Shown: one piece after another, positions 58,654 through 64,000 of the stretch
Numbering within the stretch: the stretch's first letter is position 1
Layout: every line of letters begins with the position of its first letter
Source: a virus
IMG/VR virus record: IMGVR_UViG_3300027631_000002
Span: 96,001-160,000 of that record
Strand: one strand, 5' to 3'
DNA: 64,000 bases
The notes under the pieces: model-generated
Told to the model about the DNA's origin: nothing
Seen by the model: the letters and a program-made list of their open reading frames with translations, nothing else
Database searches by the model: none
Translations under genes and position numbers: made by a program

Positions 58654-59102
58654 TATATTATTATAAATTTACCCTCGTCTTTATATTCGTGAAAATGTCT
58701 TAGTGAAAAAATAAATTTAGTTCCTATTCTATTTGGTTTAGAAGACTCCAAGCATTCAAATTCCATTGCTATAGTTTCATCATAATCCCAACCAGAATCT
58801 CTTGCAAAATCACTCCAATAATTAACAAATTCATAAACTTCATTTTTTAAGAAATATTCTTCACCGTGTCCCGCTACTTTGTGAGTAAATTTTGGTACTA
58901 ATCTTCTGAATAAGGACGTTGATTTTATAAATTTGATTTTATCACCAATTTTTAAATCTGCAACAGCAACTCTTTTTTTGGCTTCTTGTTCAGAGTTATA
59001 TAACATACCATCATATTTTGATATTGGTACTTTCGTACCCTTCTCGGCACCATATAACCCACCTTTTGGTATAAAACCTTCATAATGTTTAATATATTTC
59101 AT
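58653..59102 (-). CDS. Hypothetical protein with capsid-targeting-like leader
   Basis: MKYIKHYEGF; late promoter at 59107. Confidence 0.6.
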   Translation of the reverse strand: MKYIKHYEGFIPKGGLYGAEKGTKVPISKYDGMLYNSEQEAKKRVAVADLKIGDKIKFIKSTSLFRRLVPKFTHKVAGHGEEYFLKNEVYEFVNYWSDFARDSGWDYDETIAMEFECLESSKPNRIGTKFIFSLRHFHEYKDEGKFIII

Positions 59103-59150
59103 AAACTATATATTAAATAAAAAACCCATCTTTTTGAGATGGGTTGTTTT

Positions 59151-60221
59151 TTAAGAGTTGTATTTAAAATTATGATTCTCTTCAATATTTAGAAGAGTTT
59201 CGTAAATCAACTCTATAACATTTTTAATATCTTCCTTATGAACAGTTTCACAAGTTGTGTGCATGTACTTGAGTGCTAAAGAAATAAGTGCAGAAGGAGT
59301 ACCACCATTCGCATAAGCAAACGCATCGGTATCTGTTCCAGTTGATCTTGAAGATGCTGCTAACTGGTGAGGGATTTTTTTAGCCGTTGCAGTATCCAAA
59401 ATCAATTTTCTCAATTTATTATGAACTGCAGGACCTCTTGTAATAACACCTCCATCACCAGCAATGTGATCACCTTGTTTACTTGCGGTATAGCAAGGTG
59501 ATGATGTTTCATGACAAACATCAGTAATAATAGCAACATTTGGTTTAATTGTGTGTGCAATCATTTCAGCACCACGTAATCCAATTTCTTCTTGAACTGA
59601 ATTAACAATGTAAAGTTTAAATGGTAGTTTTTTACCTTTCTCTTTTAATTTTCTTGCAACCTCGGCAATCATAAAACCACCAATTCTATTGTCAAGAGCT
59701 CTACCAGAGTAGTAATCTTTACCAAGTTTCATCAACTCATCTTTAAAAGTAACTACAGTACCAACTTGAATACCCATCTTGGCAACATCCTCTTTTGAAG
59801 AAGCACCAATATCGATAAAAATTGAACTTAAATCAACCTCTTTCTTTCTATCAGCAATATGTATCGCTGGATGTCCAAAGACGCCTGTAACGACTCCTTT
59901 TTCTCCCCATAGATTTACTCTCATAGAAGGAGCAATTTGTACGTCAGAGCCACCATTTCTGATAACTCTAATATATCCTTTTGAGTCAATGTAGTTTACA
60001 AACCAACTGATTTCATCAGAGTGTGCTTCGATAACAACTTTAAAGTCAGACTCTAAATTACCGGTAACACCATAAGCAGTACCATAATTATCAAGTTCTA
60101 CAGAATCGACATACTTTTCAATATTGTCCATCCAAACTTTTTGTCCACCTAATTCATACTCAAAACCTGTTGGAGAAGTACTGTTCAAGTACTCTTTTAA
60201 AAACTTTTTGTTTAATTTCAT
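59151..60221 (-). CDS. M42 family metallo-aminopeptidase
   Basis: SPTGFE, EAHSDEI, ALDNRIG, QEEIGLRGA, TDVCH, STGTDTDA, KYMHT. Confidence 0.9.
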   Translation of the reverse strand: MKLNKKFLKEYLNSTSPTGFEYELGGQKVWMDNIEKYVDSVELDNYGTAYGVTGNLESDFKVVIEAHSDEISWFVNYIDSKGYIRVIRNGGSDVQIAPSMRVNLWGEKGVVTGVFGHPAIHIADRKKEVDLSSIFIDIGASSKEDVAKMGIQVGTVVTFKDELMKLGKDYYSGRALDNRIGGFMIAEVARKLKEKGKKLPFKLYIVNSVQEEIGLRGAEMIAHTIKPNVAIITDVCHETSSPCYTASKQGDHIAGDGGVITRGPAVHNKLRKLILDTATAKKIPHQLAASSRSTGTDTDAFAYANGGTPSALISLALKYMHTTCETVHKEDIKNVIELIYETLLNIEENHNFKYNS

Positions 60222-60302
60222 TTTAGATATTTTAATGTTCTTATGTTATACATGAAAATGTAATTTAGTTTAAACAAAGTTATCAACTTTGATATAATCA
60301 TT

Positions 60303-60629
60303 ATGAAATTTAGACTAATAAATGACTTTATATTAAATACTGGATTTGGTGAAGAAATAATTCTCCAAAAAGGAGATATTACTGAACCTAATGAAAATGG
60401 TGATTATTCATTTCCTAAAATAAGTAGAACATTTACTAAAGAAGATTTACTTTCAAAACCTGAGTTATTTGAAGAGTTACTTGAATTAAAATTGGATGTA
60501 AGAGAAATTACTGAAGATGATGATAATAAAATAGGTAATTGGAGAATACAACTTGATGTAAAAACATCAAGAAAGAAATTAAAGGAAATAGAAAAGTTTA
60601 TAAGAGAGAATGTAAATGAAATGCTTTAA
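60303..60629 (+). CDS. Hypothetical protein
   Basis: ORF track; promoter at 60272. Confidence 0.55.
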   Translation: MKFRLINDFILNTGFGEEIILQKGDITEPNENGDYSFPKISRTFTKEDLLSKPELFEELLELKLDVREITEDDDNKIGNWRIQLDVKTSRKKLKEIEKFIRENVNEML

Positions 60630-60896
60630 TTATTTAAAAAAACCAAATCTTTTCATTCTAGTTTTACTTAACATTTTACTATACTCATCAATTATATAAG
60701 ATCTTAATTCATCATCCAGTTCAATACCCATTTCAAATGCTCTTTCAAAGTCATCTTCACTTGAGAAACTAACTTCTCCATTTATTACTTTAAATGAGAA
60801 TTCTTGGTCATCAATGAAAACTTCAAGGTTATTACCATGAACATCAAATGGTTCAATATCAAAATTGAATTCTTCAAATAATTTTAAGTGTTTCAT
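60630..60896 (-). CDS. Small protein with capsid-targeting-like leader
   Basis: MKHLKLFEEF. Confidence 0.6.
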   Translation of the reverse strand: MKHLKLFEEFNFDIEPFDVHGNNLEVFIDDQEFSFKVINGEVSFSSEDDFERAFEMGIELDDELRSYIIDEYSKMLSKTRMKRFGFFK

Positions 60897-61867
60897 TACT
60901 CTTCTGTTTTCAATAAGTCTTCTAAATATAAGTATATATATTTGTGGTATCTTTTTAAGATAAATGGATCAACATTTCTTTTAATATCACCATATAATCT
61001 AAATCTACCGGAATTTTGTGTAAGTTTATCTATTCCTTCTTTAGGAGTTGTGATTGTTGGAAACATAGTAACTATTTCTTTAGCAACTGAAAAAGCAAAC
61101 GCCATAACCTCATCTTTATTAGAGAAATATTTTTTCTGATCTTTTGGTTCTGGTAAAGGCATATCTATATTTGGTCTTCTAGAATGTTGTCCTACGTGAA
61201 TTTGTTCATGTTTAAGTATGTCACCAAGTGGAACTTGATCAAAGAAGTCTTTTGGTATAAAAGGCATTGGTAAATTTAAAACAACTCTAGGTCTTTTCGT
61301 AACTGGATTTACTAACGCAAAAAACTGAGCAGATCTTGGTGGTGCAGTTGCTTTATCTCTTTCTGGTAAATCATTTAAGAAAGTATTATAATCTACAATC
61401 TCTATATCATACTCTGCTCCGAGTGTAGTCAATTCTGGTATTTGAAATCTATGATGTCTCGGATATGTATTGATTTCCCCCATTAAACCATCTACTGCCT
61501 CATTTTTGTAATCAACGATTGCCTCATTTACTTTACTTTCAGATATACCTAATATAGAGTGAATATCTTGTTCAATCATTTCAACTCCTGCTTCCATTGA
61601 TTCTACTTCCTCTTCAAAGTCAAGTACGTCATTTGCAATTTTAGTAACTTTCATATCATCAATGTCAAATTCATATCTAACATTCATACCATTTGCTGAG
61701 AAATTTATAAACAACTCATGGTCATCTTTATTCTCCCACTCATATATAAGTGTATCACTATTTTCAGTGTTGTCAAGTAAATCTTTGATTTCTTGCATTC
61801 TCATGTCTAAATAACTATCTGGGTTAGTGACATTCTCGTTGATAAATTGGTTCCAGTTTTTAATCAT
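60896..61867 (-). CDS. Zincin-like HExxH metalloprotease-domain protein with capsid-targeting-like leader
   Basis: LKHEQIH followed by YFSNKDEVMAFA; MIKNWNQFINE. Confidence 0.6.
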   Translation of the reverse strand: MIKNWNQFINENVTNPDSYLDMRMQEIKDLLDNTENSDTLIYEWENKDDHELFINFSANGMNVRYEFDIDDMKVTKIANDVLDFEEEVESMEAGVEMIEQDIHSILGISESKVNEAIVDYKNEAVDGLMGEINTYPRHHRFQIPELTTLGAEYDIEIVDYNTFLNDLPERDKATAPPRSAQFFALVNPVTKRPRVVLNLPMPFIPKDFFDQVPLGDILKHEQIHVGQHSRRPNIDMPLPEPKDQKKYFSNKDEVMAFAFSVAKEIVTMFPTITTPKEGIDKLTQNSGRFRLYGDIKRNVDPFILKRYHKYIYLYLEDLLKTEE

Positions 61868-61937
61868 AAATTATATATTAAAAACTATTAAACAAAAAAT
61901 GTACTTTTTTATATAATCTCTAATAATTAAATTAAAT

Positions 61938-62720
61938 ATGGCAGGAAAAGTAAAGTTAAAAGTAGTACCAAGTATGTTTAGTGACTTCATCGAGAAGTTA
62001 AATACCGTAGCATCCATTGATGACACCGTTAAATTAAAGATAGATAATGAAAATATTCTAATGTATGCAATGTTAGGTGGTGGTAATGTTATTTTGGCAT
62101 TTAAAAACTTCTTACTACCTACAAAAGAATACTTTGATAATGATATGGAAGATTTTTCATTAGACATTATCATACCATCTGCTAAAAAGTTCGTAAAAAA
62201 CTTAGCATTCATAAAAGATATGGACAAAATAGGATTTGATGTTTCTTATAAAGAGTCACCAGATGATGATTCATTATATATTGCAAGAGGACTTCAAATA
62301 TCTTCTGGTAAATTTAAAGTAAATTGGTTAGGTGGTGAAGGTGGAACAATAAGAGATATTGGTAAAGCAGCATTAGCTCAACGATTAGATGTTAGAAATA
62401 AAAAATGGACTTTTAATATTCCTAATAGTGATTTCTTAGACATTAAAAAGTTATCTGGTATAAATGGTGAAAGAATTATAAATATGGATGTTGTTAAAGG
62501 AATTGTTACTTTATCAGAGAAATCTTCTTGGGAATTAGAAGTTGATAATCTAAACGATGATAGAGTTGCCAGTTTAATTTTAAATAAAAGATTTTTAAGT
62601 TGTATAAATGATAAGATGGAATCAATAGAATTTATTATCTTTGATAACTTTATGTTGATAAAAGATGAAAACTCAAATTTAATGTTGAGCTTTGAACAAG
62701 ACTTTAGTGACGATGAGTAG
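61938..62720 (+). CDS. Probable DNA sliding clamp (gp45-like)
   Basis: 260 aa with two-domain beta/alpha periodicity, acidic C-terminus, replication-class promoter, near the polymerase. Confidence 0.5.
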   Translation: MAGKVKLKVVPSMFSDFIEKLNTVASIDDTVKLKIDNENILMYAMLGGGNVILAFKNFLLPTKEYFDNDMEDFSLDIIIPSAKKFVKNLAFIKDMDKIGFDVSYKESPDDDSLYIARGLQISSGKFKVNWLGGEGGTIRDIGKAALAQRLDVRNKKWTFNIPNSDFLDIKKLSGINGERIINMDVVKGIVTLSEKSSWELEVDNLNDDRVASLILNKRFLSCINDKMESIEFIIFDNFMLIKDENSNLMLSFEQDFSDDE

Positions 62721-62893
62721 TAAAATGACCTGGAATTGGAATATAATTGGTAATGATCAAAGATTAGTATTCAAAATACCACTAGAATCATTGAAGTCAA
62801 AAAATAGATGGTGGGAAATCTGGAAAAAGAATTCTTACAATTTTAAAAACAAATATATAAACAGACAAATAAAAATAATAAAAATATTCAACA

Positions 62894-63427
62894 TTGAATA
62901 AAAAACAACTAAATTCTAAAAGAAAACACAAAATAAATGATGATATTAAGTCATTTGAAGTTAGACTAATCGTTACAGGTGCCGCACCAGAAGTGATGAA
63001 GACTAAAGATGCACTTCGTTTAGCAGATTCAGAAGGAAAAGATCTTATTTTAATCAATGAGAATCAAGATCCACCTATTGCTAAAATCGAAGATTACGGT
63101 AAATTTCTTTATAACATCGAAAAGATGTTAAAAGAACAAAAGAAAAATGCCATAAAATCAGAATTAAAAGAAATAAAACTCTCTTGTGAGATTTCAGACC
63201 ATGACTTAGAAATTAAAGCTAAGAAAGGTAAAGAGTTTTTATTAGATAATGATAAGGTAAAATGTGTTATTCAATTAAAAGGAAGACAAAAAGGTAATCC
63301 AGATAGAGGACAACTAGTAATGCTAAAATTTGCCACAATGTTGGACGAGTTTGGATCTGCCGAAAATATACCAAAACTTGAGTCTAGTAAATGGCTTATG
63401 ATATTAAAACCAAAAAAGAAGAACTAA
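62894..63427 (+). CDS. infC: Translation initiation factor IF-3 (TTG start)
   Basis: IN..I...EVRLI, AL.LA...G.DLILI, PPIAKI.DYGKFLY, KEIKL...I.DHDL.IK, KVKC.I.LKGRQ. Confidence 0.9.
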   Translation: MNKKQLNSKRKHKINDDIKSFEVRLIVTGAAPEVMKTKDALRLADSEGKDLILINENQDPPIAKIEDYGKFLYNIEKMLKEQKKNAIKSELKEIKLSCEISDHDLEIKAKKGKEFLLDNDKVKCVIQLKGRQKGNPDRGQLVMLKFATMLDEFGSAENIPKLESSKWLMILKPKKKN

Positions 63428-63440
63428 TGTTCTTCTTTTT
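63413..63440 (+). terminator. Intrinsic terminator after infC
   Basis: aaaaaagaagaac-taat-gttcttctttttt. Confidence 0.8.
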
Positions 63441-63478
63441 TATTTAAAAACTTTTCTATCATGAATCATATAATATTT

Positions 63479-64000
63479 ATGACAAAGGATGAAAAAAGAC
63501 AAAGAATAGAACAGCTGAAAATACAAGCAGTTCAGTTAAAGAAAGATGTTGAGTATTACAATGCAATGCAGACAGCTCTAAAATTGGTATTAAATGGTAG
63601 CTATGTCTAACCCCCACTACGTTATGTGGTGGGGGTTAGACATAAAAAAAACGGAGCATTTGCAACTGCCTACTTCATATTATATAATAATCACGTAGCA
63701 GGTACAATAACGGCACAAGGTCGTGATTTAACAAAAACAATGGATAGAGTAAATGAAGATTATTGGTATAACCAATGGCATCTTGATTTTGATGTACATG
63801 ATAAAGTAGGAATTAAAAATGTTACTCAAATTGATAAAAGTGAGCATGTGAGTATTTATGCAGATACTGACTCATTATTTGTATCATTTAAACCGGCAAT
63901 CGATCATTGTGATTGGAATAATCTAGTTTTAAGTGAGATTGATTCTATAGATAAAAAGTTTATTGTTCTTTCAAAAGCAAAAGTAAAACATAATAATCCG
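63479..64000 (+). CDS. Family-B DNA polymerase, polymerase-domain subunit (3'-truncated), interrupted by a 48-nt stop-containing insert in motif B
   Basis: 63479..63604 encodes MTKDEK...QTALKLVLNGSY; 63653 onward in the same frame encodes GAFAT...ITAQGR...IYADTDSLF (motifs B and C). Confidence 0.85.
63603..63650 (+). other. 48-nt insertion element: 18-bp stem-loop plus A7, with in-frame TAA
   Basis: atgtctaacccccactac-gttat-gtggtgggggttagacat-aaaaaaa; removing 48 nt restores S-Y-G. Confidence 0.85.

Noticed and set aside
3013-62227. Many short ORF-track entries antisense to or nested in long genes (e.g. 3013, 4084, 5507, 6178, 9138, 18576, 20318, 34693, 35326, 37421, 47599, 54613, 59779, 61871)
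   Set aside because: They are shadow frames of real genes, with no promoters or motifs.
62692-62901. Small ORF between the clamp and infC as a real gene
   Set aside because: It overlaps both neighbours and has no motif. It may be real from ATG 62725 but cannot be supported from sequence alone.
63603-63651. Polymerase insert as an intrinsic terminator, intein, group I/II intron or IS footprint
   Set aside because: No U-tract follows the stem on either strand; there are no intein terminal residues; it is far too short for a self-splicing core; and there is no target-site duplication.
1-64000. Alternative genetic code (stop reassignment) explaining the PolB stop
   Set aside because: The interrupting codon is TAA, which ends most genes here, and the other long genes are intact under code 11.
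1-64000. Eukaryotic giant-virus or cellular origin
   Set aside because: The T4-type gp20/21/23/25/4/2/55 set, bacterial IF-3, tmRNA and intrinsic terminators indicate a tailed bacteriophage.

Overview
This window is an AT-rich, gene-dense 64-kb segment of a T4-like (Tevenvirinae-type head module) jumbo or huge phage genome using the standard code. The host is probably Bacteroidota, judged from TAnnTTTG promoters, absent Shine-Dalgarno sites and a Bacteroidota-style lipoprotein. It carries virion genes (portal gp20, prohead protease gp21 fused to a scaffold, major capsid gp23, gp2, gp4, gp15-like, gp25, tape measure, tail fibre) and replication genes (clamp loader, probable sliding clamp, UvsY-like, the start of a family-B DNA polymerase subunit, a PolA-fold protein, a Dam-like MTase). 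It also has a gp55-like sigma factor, a ribosome-rescue set (tmRNA, RNase R, NFACT-R, IF-3), several peptidases, candidate anti-defence enzymes and free-standing endonucleases. Three things stand out. (1) A 48-nt in-frame insert (18-bp hairpin plus A-tract, containing TAA) splits the catalytic NGSY|G motif of the DNA polymerase, suggesting ribosomal bypassing or a mini-intron. (2) Four dispersed proteins are fragments or degenerate copies of the major capsid protein or the prohead protease, and they share an R-x-x-K-(I/L)-x-x-(L/I)-like tag, suggesting a decoy or interference system. (3) About 18 late-promoter proteins share an N-terminal leader resembling the T4 capsid-targeting sequence. All family assignments come from motif recognition by eye; no searches were run.
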